Shown here piece after piece: positions 19,977-29,615 of a stretch of DNA of 64,000 bases. The translations under genes were made by a program, and so were the position numbers. The DNA comes from a virus, in IMG/VR virus record IMGVR_UViG_3300025108_004223, positions 1 through 64,000 of that record; one strand, 5' to 3'. The notes under the pieces are model-generated. The model was not told the origin of the DNA. It did not search any database and worked only from the letters and a program-made list of their open reading frames with translations. The stretch's first letter is position 1, and every line of letters begins with the position of its first letter.

Positions 19977-20186
19977 ATGGAATATATTGGAATAATCACA
20001 ACCACAGTTTTTGTATCTATTATATGGTTCTTTATAGTTCTATTACTGGCAAAAAGAATTGGCATCAAGAAAGACGCACCCTTTTCTAAGATTATGTGTT
20101 GTCTTATTGTAATGGGTCCTATTGGCTGGGCCCTTATTTTAGTAGCAATTGCTTACGAATTAGTGGATAAATTAACTAAAAAGTAG
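19977..20186 (+). CDS. Small two-TM membrane protein
   Basis: Two hydrophobic segments. Confidence 0.55.
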   Translation: MEYIGIITTTVFVSIIWFFIVLLLAKRIGIKKDAPFSKIMCCLIVMGPIGWALILVAIAYELVDKLTKK

Positions 20187-20218
20187 TAAAATTGCATTAA
20201 AATAATTAAAAAACTTAT

Positions 20219-20245
20219 AAACCCTTGATCTACAAGGGTTTTTTT
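20219..20245 (+). terminator. Rho-independent terminator
   Basis: AAACCCTTG-atcta-CAAGGGTTT followed by T run. Confidence 0.75.
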
Positions 20246-20258
20246 GTCTTTCTAAAGG

Positions 20259-20287
20259 TTGACAAGCAAGACGTCTTACTGTATACT
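20259..20287 (+). promoter_or_regulatory. Sigma70-type early promoter with palindromic spacer
   Basis: TTGACA-17 bp-TATACT. The spacer contains AAGACGTCTT. Confidence 0.8.
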
Positions 20288-20315
20288 GTATATATAGGTT
20301 AGAAAAGAGGGTTAA

Positions 20316-20789
20316 ATGACGGTTATTAACATCAAAGGTGGAACTAGAACACAAAAGAAACATACTAGAACAATGGTAGAATTTTGTTGTAAGATGTTGA
20401 TGCCTAAGATGAAAGCACTGGAAATTAATGTGCATCTTAAAGACTTTAAAGACGATAGTTCTTATGGATATGCAATAGCAAGTGATGGTGCTGACGAACA
20501 ACGTCCAAGAGAATTTGATTTAGAAATTGCTACTAACGATGTTCGTTTACGTAGGCTACTTGAAACAGTAGCACACGAAATGGTGCATGTAAAACAGTTT
20601 GCACGTGGCGATTTATATGAAAGTTCTAGAACAAACAAGCATCGTTGGAAGGGTAAATGGCAGCGTAGCCAGAAAGTATATTGGGATTTGCCTTGGGAAA
20701 TAGAAGCACATGGTAGAGAATGTGGACTATTTTGTAGATGGGCAGAACAATATGGTCATGCCAATAGAGCATGGACATACGACGACTAA
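20316..20789 (+). CDS. SprT-like/zincin HExxH putative metallopeptidase
   Basis: AHEMVHVKQ and PWEIEAH. Confidence 0.7.
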   Translation: MTVINIKGGTRTQKKHTRTMVEFCCKMLMPKMKALEINVHLKDFKDDSSYGYAIASDGADEQRPREFDLEIATNDVRLRRLLETVAHEMVHVKQFARGDLYESSRTNKHRWKGKWQRSQKVYWDLPWEIEAHGRECGLFCRWAEQYGHANRAWTYDD

Positions 20790-20812
20790 ACTTAACAAGA
20801 GCAGGAGATAAT

Positions 20813-21334
20813 ATGATGAAACTTATTACTTTTTTGGTCCTAATAATTGGATTGTCAACTACAACACAAGCAGATAGCAAAACATATCGTTTTGGTGCAG
20901 ATGAATTCCCACAAGTGCATTGTTTAGCACTTAATATCTATTATGAAGCACGTGGTAGCAACTTTGCAGACCAAGTAGGTGTAGCAGATGTTGTATTGAA
21001 TCGTGTGCAAGACTCACGTTATCCGGATACAGTATGTGACGTTGTTCATCAAGGTAAGCAAAAGCCTAGTTGGCAAGACGAAACAGTTATGGTAATGGTT
21101 CGTAACAAGTGTCAGTTCAGTTGGTATTGTGATGGTAAAGCAGATTCTCCACATCAAGGAGATGCATGGGTTAATGCACAAACAGTTGCATGGAGAATTA
21201 TGCAGTTTTCAGAATATAGAGGTATCACAGAAGGTGCAACACATTATCATGCAAACTATGTTGAACCAAATTGGGCAGGATCTTTACAGTTAATAGGAAC
21301 AATAGGTAAACATGTATTCTACAGATGGAATTAA
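20813..21334 (+). CDS. SleB-like cell wall hydrolase
   Basis: CLALNIYYEARG, VVLNRV, CQFSW, GATHYHANYVEPNWA, IGKHVFY, N-terminal signal. SD GGAGA supports start 20813. Confidence 0.85.
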   Translation: MMKLITFLVLIIGLSTTTQADSKTYRFGADEFPQVHCLALNIYYEARGSNFADQVGVADVVLNRVQDSRYPDTVCDVVHQGKQKPSWQDETVMVMVRNKCQFSWYCDGKADSPHQGDAWVNAQTVAWRIMQFSEYRGITEGATHYHANYVEPNWAGSLQLIGTIGKHVFYRWN

Positions 21335-22011
21335 ATATGGATCATAATAATTTCAAAGAAGCCAAATATCTAAAGAGTAAATTTTTCAAAGAATTTACAT
21401 TAGGATCAGATAAGCCAGGAAAGAAAAATTGGGTAGATAACTACGAAAAGGAATTAGGGTGTGCATTAGGCTATACTAAACACAGTATTGAATACTTTAT
21501 TAATGATTGGAGATATAGAGGAAAACTAGTTCCAGAAATGGGAGCACCAGCGGCGTTTGGTTGTAGTTATACATTTGGTTATGGAAGTAATCTTCATTGG
21601 CCAGGAATGTTAGGTGTTGCTAATCTTGGGCAAAATGGTGCAAGCAATGATCAAATAACAAGACTAGCTATTACATATTGTAAAACATTTAATCCTGAAA
21701 ACATATATGTAATGTGGACGTATGGAGGCAGACGAGAACATGCAAATGGAACAGGAGTAGAAAAGTCTCTAAATACTGAACCTGGTAATGAAATTTTTGA
21801 TGCATATACAGTCCTATCAAATGATGCATCTGATCTATATAACACACAGAAGAATCAGTTACTACTAGAAAGCTTCTGTAAAGCAAATAACATTAAGTTA
21901 CATCAACTAAGTGTTGATTATTTTAACAAAGATGATTATCCATTAGCTAGAGATAATATGCATCCAGGAGCAGATTGGCATTTAAATGTTAGTGCATCAC
22001 TCTCAACTTAA
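21325..22011 (+). CDS. SGNH/GDSL hydrolase-like protein
   Basis: FGCSYTFG, NLGQNGASND, DNMHPG. Confidence 0.65.
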   Translation: MELNMDHNNFKEAKYLKSKFFKEFTLGSDKPGKKNWVDNYEKELGCALGYTKHSIEYFINDWRYRGKLVPEMGAPAAFGCSYTFGYGSNLHWPGMLGVANLGQNGASNDQITRLAITYCKTFNPENIYVMWTYGGRREHANGTGVEKSLNTEPGNEIFDAYTVLSNDASDLYNTQKNQLLLESFCKANNIKLHQLSVDYFNKDDYPLARDNMHPGADWHLNVSASLST

Positions 22012-22789
22012 AGATTGGTTTGATAATCATACCGAACTTGGTGGATATGTTGCTAGTTGTTATGTTGACTGGAATATAGTTGCCAGTCCTATTCACGAAT
22101 TTATAAAGTTATTAGAAGCATATAAAAAAATTGAATATCTTGATATAGAAGTATTTGCACAATCTGAGGTAATGGATAATACTATGCCTGATAGATGGAT
22201 AATGGAAGATATCAGTAAAATTAAATACCTCACTGAAGAAATAATGGCAGATGCATTATTATTTCATCCACAAATTATACACGAACCATGGTTTGATAGG
22301 TATAGAGTTCATCCAGGCAGTGGCAGAGCAATAGCATTATGGTTATGTGGGTTCCAACAGTTTAAAACAATATACACACATTTCAATGAACCAGGTTTTG
22401 CTCCGCCAGGACATACCATAAAACTAGACAGGTGGGAACAATTAGCAAATGAGATTATAGTGCATGGACAATCAAATAGTTTTAGAAGCTCATACGATGT
22501 AGAAACTTTTAGAGCTTTTCCAAAATTACACAAAGATATAAAACACACAGAAGATAAAGATATTGAATGGGCTCCGAATTTTACTAGTAGTAAACCTTGG
22601 GAATTTTTAATATATAGTGAAGGTAAGCAGTTTTTAAACTTTAAAAAGGAATGGCGTTCACACAGTTATGATATGTATACAGATTTACAACATAGCATTA
22701 CACAAATTGGTAGAACTATTTTTGAATTTAAAAAGGATAAAGTAGTTAAGGTAGTTAGAGGCGATGAGGTATATAATATTGTTGACTAA
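21986..22789 (+). CDS. Hypothetical protein, possibly ParB/Srx-like
   Basis: PQI...RVHPGSGRAIAL resembles a degenerate ParB G-x-x-R motif. Confidence 0.35.
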   Translation: MLVHHSQLKDWFDNHTELGGYVASCYVDWNIVASPIHEFIKLLEAYKKIEYLDIEVFAQSEVMDNTMPDRWIMEDISKIKYLTEEIMADALLFHPQIIHEPWFDRYRVHPGSGRAIALWLCGFQQFKTIYTHFNEPGFAPPGHTIKLDRWEQLANEIIVHGQSNSFRSSYDVETFRAFPKLHKDIKHTEDKDIEWAPNFTSSKPWEFLIYSEGKQFLNFKKEWRSHSYDMYTDLQHSITQIGRTIFEFKKDKVVKVVRGDEVYNIVD

Positions 22790-22810
22790 TTTCATCTTTT
22801 CGTGTATAAT
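22782..22810 (+). promoter_or_regulatory. Sigma70-type promoter upstream of queD
   Basis: TTGACT-17 bp-TATAAT with TG before the -10. Confidence 0.65.
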
Positions 22811-22901
22811 AATTACAATTATAATAAATACTATGAGGACTTAATATGGATCGACCCTCTCTAAATACTCCGCTCCTAGTAAACACAAAAGGAGAATTCA
22901 A

Positions 22902-23390
22902 ATGAATTACAAATACGTAAGCACAAAAGAATACGTGGATCAATTTCCAGTAGCATATCGTCAGTGGAGAGCTGACAGCCATTGCAACATCATTCACGGT
23001 TATAGTTTTAGCATGAAGTTTTATTTTGGTGCTAATAGTTTAGATGCCCGCAATTGGGTAGCAGACTATGGTGGACTAAAAGAACTAAAAGGCATGTTGC
23101 AAGATCAATTTGATCATACATTATTAGTTGCTGAAGACGATCCAGAATTAGAAACATATAAATTGTTGCAAGAAAAGAATATGGCAAAGCTAACTATTCT
23201 ACCACGCTTAGGCTGTGAAGGACTTGCTGATCAATTATATAAATACGTTAACGGAATATATATTCCAGACATGTGGGGTCAATCAGAAGCAGAACGTCTA
23301 TGGTGCTTTAGAGTAGAAGTTCGTGAAACACAGACAAACATGGCATACCGTGAAGGTCACCGAGAAGATAACGAAGACCTTTTTGCATAA
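22902..23390 (+). CDS. queD: 6-carboxy-5,6,7,8-tetrahydropterin synthase (QueD/PTPS family)
   Basis: SHCNIIHGYS, DYGGLKELK...QFDHTLL, VEVRET. Confidence 0.8.
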   Translation: MNYKYVSTKEYVDQFPVAYRQWRADSHCNIIHGYSFSMKFYFGANSLDARNWVADYGGLKELKGMLQDQFDHTLLVAEDDPELETYKLLQEKNMAKLTILPRLGCEGLADQLYKYVNGIYIPDMWGQSEAERLWCFRVEVRETQTNMAYREGHREDNEDLFA

Positions 23391-23408
23391 ACAGGATAGT
23401 AAATCAAT

Positions 23409-25238
23409 ATGAAAATAGCAGTAATTGGATGCGGCTTTGTTGGCGGCACTGTAGCAGACTTTCTTGAAGAACATACAGCCAAAGATGGTGTAGAAGTTAT
23501 TAGGATAGATCCTAAGTATAGTGATGCAATAACATTGGAAGATGTAACTGAACTAGATGCTGCTATTTTGTGTCTAAATGCACCTACTGATCCATCAGAT
23601 AATACAGTAGATATTAAACCTACGTATAGTTATGTAACTCAATTGAATAATAAATTTCCTGATGTGCATATTATGATTAAAAGCACAATGCCAATGTTTA
23701 CTGGTATGCATCCACAAATACAATTTGATTTAAATTGGACAGAAAATGTAGTGTTTAGTCCTGAATTCTTAAGAGCCAATCATGCCGCAGAAGATTTTAA
23801 AAATCAACAATTATTTATTTTAGGAATTTCACCATCTGTTATAACACATGATGAGCCGGCAGAAGAGAATATTGAATCAATTTTTTGGACAAATATATTT
23901 GCACCAAGTTTGCCTAACACAGAGTTCGTTTATACTGATCGAGAAACAGCAGTAATGGTCAAGTATACACATAATGCCTGGTTGGCTACAAAGGTTACAT
24001 TTTTTCACAGTCTAAGTCTAGTTATGCCTGGGCTTTCTAACTATGAAGAAATGACTAATATATTAGCTAAGTTTCCTAATATAGGACCTAGCCATATGAA
24101 AGTTCCTAATGCATTAGGTGAGCTAGGATATGAAGGTTTTTGCTTCCCTAAAGATATGAGAGCATTTAGTCAAATAACACATTCCGAGCATTCCGATCTT
24201 ATAGAAAATATTATACGAACAAACGAAATAATAAAAAAAAAGACTACCCACCCTCAAGCATTAGATAGCCGTATTTTACCCGAATTAATACCACAAGAAG
24301 ATTTTATTATATGCATTGGCACAAGCCACACTGCAGGTGAATGTGAGGGTAACCGTGTTGATTCTTATGCAATATGGGTTGAAAAGATATTAGGAATTAA
24401 GGTAATAGAAATAGGATATTCTGGAGCAAGAAATATAGATTTATTAGCATGCTTAACTGAACTAAACGATTGGGGATTTTTAAATGATCGTTGTAAGTTA
24501 GTTACTTTAGAGCCACGTGTTACTGATAGCACTATGCAAAATTCTATAGATTCTGTTATAGGTGTAGATAAAGCAATACAATATTTAACTAAAGACACAT
24601 TACAAGATTCTCATCTATGTAGAAGTTCTCTGTTAAGGCCACATGATACAGATAAAAACCAATTTAGCTGGGTATCATCAATGAGAGAGGGTATGACACA
24701 AAGGATAGGACCTACAAATATTGCAAAGGCGGCAGAGGGGTTAAAACAAAAAGTAAATAGATATGAAGATGGTAAAAAGAAAGTTGAGATAGACATTAAT
24801 TCTGAACTAATAGAAAATGTAAAACCTTGGATGAACTATATGACATATAACTTAGCATACAATAAATCTACTTTGTTAGCCGCACGTAACGATTTACAAT
24901 TAATTCAAAGTATGGCAATTATGGTTAAAAATGCAGGTATTCCATTTAGATGGTTCTTAATGGATGACAGAGAAGGACATATACATACATTAAGACATCA
25001 AATTGAAAAATCTTCCAGTATTTTTAAAGAAATGCTTTTAACTAAATCAATTCAACATTTAGTAACTGGCGGAGATAAAAGACGACCGTGGCATAAGTAT
25101 TGTGATCGAGAATTAGTATGTGAATGCTGTCATTTTTCTGCAAAAGGAAATGAGTATATTGCAAAAGAGTTTATAGCACCTGCTATAAAAAGAACATTAA
25201 ATAAAGTTTCAGGGAATGAAAATGACATACATAGTTAA
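23409..25238 (+). CDS. Fusion of UDP-glucose/GDP-mannose dehydrogenase-like N-terminal half and SGNH-like C-terminal half
   Basis: [35 protein letters not shown]; then [21 protein letters not shown]. Confidence 0.7.
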   Translation: MKIAVIGCGFVGGTVADFLEEHTAKDGVEVIRIDPKYSDAITLEDVTELDAAILCLNAPTDPSDNTVDIKPTYSYVTQLNNKFPDVHIMIKSTMPMFTGMHPQIQFDLNWTENVVFSPEFLRANHAAEDFKNQQLFILGISPSVITHDEPAEENIESIFWTNIFAPSLPNTEFVYTDRETAVMVKYTHNAWLATKVTFFHSLSLVMPGLSNYEEMTNILAKFPNIGPSHMKVPNALGELGYEGFCFPKDMRAFSQITHSEHSDLIENIIRTNEIIKKKTTHPQALDSRILPELIPQEDFIICIGTSHTAGECEGNRVDSYAIWVEKILGIKVIEIGYSGARNIDLLACLTELNDWGFLNDRCKLVTLEPRVTDSTMQNSIDSVIGVDKAIQYLTKDTLQDSHLCRSSLLRPHDTDKNQFSWVSSMREGMTQRIGPTNIAKAAEGLKQKVNRYEDGKKKVEIDINSELIENVKPWMNYMTYNLAYNKSTLLAARNDLQLIQSMAIMVKNAGIPFRWFLMDDREGHIHTLRHQIEKSSSIFKEMLLTKSIQHLVTGGDKRRPWHKYCDRELVCECCHFSAKGNEYIAKEFIAPAIKRTLNKVSGNENDIHS

Positions 25239-25584
25239 GGATGATTGTATTAAATGTAAGTATACAGATTGTGTAGCCGTTTGTCCGGTTGATTGTTTTT
25301 ATGAAGGCGAAAACTTTCTGGTAATTAATCCAGACGAATGCATTGATTGTGGCGTGTGTGAGCCCGAATGTCCAGCAGGTGCTATTTTGCCTGATACAGA
25401 GTTAGACCCCAATGATCCAATAGATTGGGTAGAGGTAAATCGTAAGTATAGTCAAATTTGGCCAGTAATAACAGAACAAATTGATCCAATGCCGGATGCT
25501 GATAAATTCAATCCAAAAGAGGGTTATGATGGGCCAAATAAATTTAGTGAATTAAGTGAAAAACCAGGAGAAGGAGATGGGTAA
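25222..25584 (+). CDS. fdxA: FdxA-type ferredoxin
   Basis: [27 protein letters not shown]...[13 protein letters not shown]. Confidence 0.92.
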   Translation: MTYIVKDDCIKCKYTDCVAVCPVDCFYEGENFLVINPDECIDCGVCEPECPAGAILPDTELDPNDPIDWVEVNRKYSQIWPVITEQIDPMPDADKFNPKEGYDGPNKFSELSEKPGEGDG

Positions 25585-25711
25585 AAGGAACATACCGTTT
25601 ATTATAAGCAAACGTGGAGTGCCACAAATGAAGAAGAATATGAGCCATGGAACGTTTAGAGTAAAACGTAAACCAAACAGTAAAAGAGTTACTAACGGCT
25701 CAGAGAAATAA
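25577..25711 (+). CDS. Small basic protein (44 aa), not in the ORF track
   Basis: [21 protein letters not shown]...[10 protein letters not shown]. It fills the gap between fdxA and the NifU-like gene. Confidence 0.4.
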   Translation: MGKRNIPFIISKRGVPQMKKNMSHGTFRVKRKPNSKRVTNGSEK

Positions 25712-25722
25712 AGGAACAACAA

Positions 25723-26046
25723 ATGAGAACTACTAAAGAAATACTAAAACATGTAGACGAAGTTATGGAAAAATATGTCAACCCTAATGTAGCGATGCAT
25801 GGCGGACAAATAAACGTATTAAAGTTTGACGAAGATACCGGATTTTTACATACTCAAATGAGTGGTAGTTGCAGTGGATGTGCCAGTAGCACAGAAACAC
25901 TTAAAATGGGTGTAGAAAATACACTTATGCATTTTATTGAAGAAATCAAAGGTGTAACAAGCGAAGACGATCCAATGTTTAACGATCCATACTATGTAGC
26001 AGACCATGGAATGTTAGACGATTTCCCGCCAATGGAAAATGATTAA
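25723..26046 (+). CDS. NifU C-terminal/NfuA-like Fe-S carrier
   Basis: VNPNVAMHGG...MSGSCSGCASS..TLKMGVE. Confidence 0.88.
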   Translation: MRTTKEILKHVDEVMEKYVNPNVAMHGGQINVLKFDEDTGFLHTQMSGSCSGCASSTETLKMGVENTLMHFIEEIKGVTSEDDPMFNDPYYVADHGMLDDFPPMEND

Positions 26047-27018
26047 ATGAAACCAAAGATAGCACTTTGTTTTAGTGGGCAAACCAGGCATATAAATGAA
26101 CATCCTATGTTCTTGGAACAGTATAAAGAAGTTATAAGTCTATTCAGTGACTTCGACATAGACTTTTTTGGCCATACGTGGTCTGACCAGCCCAAACCAC
26201 ACCCTGATTTTTTACATGGGTATGACAAATTTATTCAAACAAATCAAGAAGAAATATGGAAGGCAGTAACCACTTTCAACCGTGGTGCGCCTTCAAGAAT
26301 GTTCTGGAACTATCTTCCTAATAGACCAGCCTGGTATGAGAACGGTGAATTTGAAGCTATGTTAAACGGTCATGGAGATTTCATGCAATGGGCAAAGGAC
26401 GTAATAAAAGGAACCCTTGGTCAAATATGGTCAGCTCATGAATGTTTTAAACTAGTGGAACAATCGGGTAAAGATTATCGTTATGTGGTTAGATTAAGAT
26501 GGGATAGCATGATACAATTACGTAAGCACATTTCTGACGAAAATAAAAGAGGTATTGAATATATATACAATCCAGAAAAGCGAAAGCATGATAAAGATTT
26601 AATAGAACTTATGGAAGTTTTTAGAACTACATTAAGAGAAATAACTTATAATAATAGACTGCCAGATACCAGAAGCCAAAAAATGTGCCTACCTGATGAT
26701 TGGGATGTTTTAGCAACAGAATGTAATTTTATTCCAAACAACAACGGAATAGTATTTGTAAACGATCACTTATTTGTAATAAAAGGAGAATCATTTATGA
26801 GATCTGGTATTGGACTTAAAGACCCTATAGAATTATTTGATAGGATAATGATGAAGAAAGACGTTACTACTCATTTTCAACCAGGGTTTAGTTCATCTCA
26901 TACCTTATGGATGGAATGGATGTTTACTTGCGGTTTTAATGTGATGCCAGCTTTACTAGACATAACAACCGCAAGTGGACTTACTAGTGCCAAACCAAAT
27001 AAAAAATGGTTCATATAA
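26047..27018 (+). CDS. Hypothetical protein, glycosyltransferase-like
   Basis: IALCFSGQTR, FFGHTW, VVRLRWD, NDHLF pattern seen in viral glycan-related proteins. Confidence 0.4.
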   Translation: MKPKIALCFSGQTRHINEHPMFLEQYKEVISLFSDFDIDFFGHTWSDQPKPHPDFLHGYDKFIQTNQEEIWKAVTTFNRGAPSRMFWNYLPNRPAWYENGEFEAMLNGHGDFMQWAKDVIKGTLGQIWSAHECFKLVEQSGKDYRYVVRLRWDSMIQLRKHISDENKRGIEYIYNPEKRKHDKDLIELMEVFRTTLREITYNNRLPDTRSQKMCLPDDWDVLATECNFIPNNNGIVFVNDHLFVIKGESFMRSGIGLKDPIELFDRIMMKKDVTTHFQPGFSSSHTLWMEWMFTCGFNVMPALLDITTASGLTSAKPNKKWFI

Positions 27019-27534
27019 ATGAATATAAAAGAATACATAAGAACAGTTCCAGATTACCCTATTAAAGGCGTAAACTTTTATGATGTAAACAGTTTGTTTG
27101 CAAGTGATTTATGGACAAGCGAAGTAAAAGATATGGCACAAACAATCAAACAAAGCATTGAGTATATGCCAACACACATTATTGGTATTGAAAGTAGAGG
27201 TTTTGTATTCGGTGCAGCATTATCACAAGAATTAGATATACCTTTTGTTATGATACGTAAAAAAGGTGCTAAATACCCAGGTAAGCTGCTAGAAGAAAGC
27301 TACGAGCTTGAGTATGGAACAGACACACTTACACTACAAGAGGGTATATTGGGTCATACAAGCAGAGTTCTTATAGCTGACGACTTAGTTGCTACAGGCG
27401 GAAGTATGAACGCCAGTAAACGCTTATGTGAGCAAACTGGCGCAATAGTATTAGGTGGAGTTACTATAGTTAACTTAAAATACCTAAACGGACAAGATAT
27501 GGAACTTTTGTCCTCAGTGGAGATAACACAATGA
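27019..27534 (+). CDS. apt: Adenine phosphoribosyltransferase
   Basis: IRTVPDYPIKGVNFYD, GIESRGF, RKKG, LIADDLVATGGS. Confidence 0.9.
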   Translation: MNIKEYIRTVPDYPIKGVNFYDVNSLFASDLWTSEVKDMAQTIKQSIEYMPTHIIGIESRGFVFGAALSQELDIPFVMIRKKGAKYPGKLLEESYELEYGTDTLTLQEGILGHTSRVLIADDLVATGGSMNASKRLCEQTGAIVLGGVTIVNLKYLNGQDMELLSSVEITQ

Positions 27535-27917
27535 TAGATATCAGCGAAAAGGCCAAAGAATATATGAAAGGTATTGCAGATGCAGAACCAGGCAAAGTAG
27601 TATTTCTTGGAATTAAAGGTGGCGGTTGTGCTGGATTCAGTTACGACTGGTCACTAAAAGCAGAATCAGAACTTGATGAATATTCAGATGAAGTTATTGA
27701 TTTAGAAAACGGCACTAAACTTGCTATTGATGGGACAAGTTTAATGTATCTATATGGTAGTCAAATTAATCTAAAGCAAGATTTGTTCGGCACTGTATTA
27801 GAAATATCATCACCATCAGCACAAAGCTCTTGTGGATGTGGCGAAAGCATTAACTTCGATATGGAAAAAGTCGAGACTAACATGAGCAAAGTAAAAGAAC
27901 TTAAAATACCAGAATAA
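27531..27917 (+). CDS. IscA/HesB A-type Fe-S carrier
   Basis: GGGCAGFSY and SSCGCGESIN. Confidence 0.9.
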   Translation: MIDISEKAKEYMKGIADAEPGKVVFLGIKGGGCAGFSYDWSLKAESELDEYSDEVIDLENGTKLAIDGTSLMYLYGSQINLKQDLFGTVLEISSPSAQSSCGCGESINFDMEKVETNMSKVKELKIPE

Positions 27918-27928
27918 CGGAGATTAAA

Positions 27929-28342
27929 TTGAGTAAGAAAGTAGATCTAAACGCATACAATAATTTTGTAAAAGAAGTAACAAGTGATGCTTCAATGTCA
28001 AGTAAAGCAATGCACGAACGTATTGTAGAAATAGAAGAAACAAGTGGAGTTAACATGGCCTCGCTATTAACCGGCGGAATTGGACTAGCAAGCGAAGGAG
28101 GTGAGTTTGATGAGATTGTTAAAAAGTGCGTATTTCAAGGTAAACCAATGGATAGTGAAACTATCTTTCATGCTAAACGAGAACTTGGCGATATTATGTG
28201 GTATTGGATTACTAGTTGTAGGGCACTTAATCTTGACCCTAATGACGTAATTGCTGAGAACGTTGAAAAATTAAAAGCAAGATATCCAGGTGGTGAATTT
28301 GATGTTCACTACAGCGAAAACAGAAAAGACGGTGATTTATGA
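27929..28342 (+). CDS. MazG-like NTP pyrophosphohydrolase
   Basis: GLASEGGEF..IVKK, RELGDIMWY, ENVEKLKARYP. TTG start. Confidence 0.85.
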   Translation: MSKKVDLNAYNNFVKEVTSDASMSSKAMHERIVEIEETSGVNMASLLTGGIGLASEGGEFDEIVKKCVFQGKPMDSETIFHAKRELGDIMWYWITSCRALNLDPNDVIAENVEKLKARYPGGEFDVHYSENRKDGDL

Positions 28343-28512
28343 CAGACAAAGAATACTCAGAATATGGGTATAGAGGATTAGGAGAAATAAAAGCCAAAGA
28401 CGCTGAAATCAAAAAACTTAAAGAAGAGATTTCAGAACTAAAGATTAGACTGCAACAGCAAGAAAATCAAACTAGCGTTTATATGGCAAAGGCTAACCTT
28501 CCTAACTACTAA
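28339..28512 (+). CDS. Small coiled-coil protein (57 aa), not in the ORF track
   Basis: ATGA overlap. EIKKLKEEISELKIRL heptads. Confidence 0.45.
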   Translation: MTDKEYSEYGYRGLGEIKAKDAEIKKLKEEISELKIRLQQQENQTSVYMAKANLPNY

Positions 28513-28513
28513 T

Positions 28514-28921
28514 ATGATCCAATATAAAGGCAAAGACTACACAGAATTAAACTTCAGTGAATGCGTGGAGTTTGAAAAAGAACTATTGCAGAAGGTTCTT
28601 ATTGCCAGCCGTGCTGGCATGGGTGATGCTATGATTGATCAATTGAATGTTTTTATTGGATTACTTAGAGATCAAAAAGCAGAATCTATTAGAAAAGAAT
28701 TTACTAAAAAAGGTGATGAAAAAGAAGATGGCATCGTGTTAGATACTGCACCACCTGAAATAGAAATAATACAACAACAACCAGAGTATCCAAGAATAAA
28801 AAAGACACAAGTAGAATTAACTAAATCTGATAAAGTAAAAATAGCCAATATGTATAAACCTAAACCTACTAGAAATCCAGAAGCGGTTAAATTAGCAGAG
28901 ATGTATAAAAATGAAAAATGA
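28514..28921 (+). CDS. Hypothetical protein
   Basis: Co-oriented, tightly packed ORF. Confidence 0.55.
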   Translation: MIQYKGKDYTELNFSECVEFEKELLQKVLIASRAGMGDAMIDQLNVFIGLLRDQKAESIRKEFTKKGDEKEDGIVLDTAPPEIEIIQQQPEYPRIKKTQVELTKSDKVKIANMYKPKPTRNPEAVKLAEMYKNEK

Positions 28922-29615
28922 TATATTTGGCTGTTGGTATGAACCAGGTGATTCAGGAACGTGGTTAACATGGTTCATTAACCAACACGAAGGATTTCCA
29001 AAATATTATAAAGAAATATGCTACCAACAAGAAGGAAAAGAATTTGGTTACATACCAACTGACTACAGTTGTATGCCGGCTGATTGGGATGTTACTACTC
29101 CATTTCATAAAGTATATTTTAATCTATGCTATAAAATACTTCCGTGGCACAATCCATTTCAAACAGAAGAATGGGAATTAGATAACGAAACACCTACTGA
29201 GTTATGTATTAGATTACTAGATGAGAGTAATACTAAAGCAATAATTGTTCCTCAAGTAGAAGATAATTATGAATTATTTGCCAAAAGACTTGCATTTATT
29301 AGATCAAGATTTACAGTTGAAACTGCTTCAGAAATTTATGAAAATAGACAAAATCGCATGTATGAGTCTACAAAAATGAAAATGCAAGAGTTTGCAACAG
29401 TTCATACCATAGCAATAGATAAATTAATTTTACACAATGATAAAACTGAATACCATAAATTAATAGAAATACTTAACGTGCCTGAACTAGAAAATTGGAC
29501 TACTCATACAACCAAATATTACGATAAAATATTTTCTCCATGGAAAAATATTAGTGCTGAAAAATTAGACAGTAGAATTGAAACTATTAATGCTGTTAAA
29601 GAAAATCCATATTAA
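28911..29615 (+). CDS. Sulfotransferase-like protein (paralog 1)
   Basis: GDSGTWLTWFINQH.GFP, resembling a PAPS-binding loop. Confidence 0.4.
   Translation: MKNDIFGCWYEPGDSGTWLTWFINQHEGFPKYYKEICYQQEGKEFGYIPTDYSCMPADWDVTTPFHKVYFNLCYKILPWHNPFQTEEWELDNETPTELCIRLLDESNTKAIIVPQVEDNYELFAKRLAFIRSRFTVETASEIYENRQNRMYESTKMKMQEFATVHTIAIDKLILHNDKTEYHKLIEILNVPELENWTTHTTKYYDKIFSPWKNISAEKLDSRIETINAVKENPY

Noticed and set aside
22831-22870. Possible preQ1 riboswitch upstream of queD (GAGG...CCTC stem)
   Set aside because: The loop lacks the UUC start and there is no A-rich AAAAAAC tail typical of preQ1-I. Only a 4 bp stem is present.
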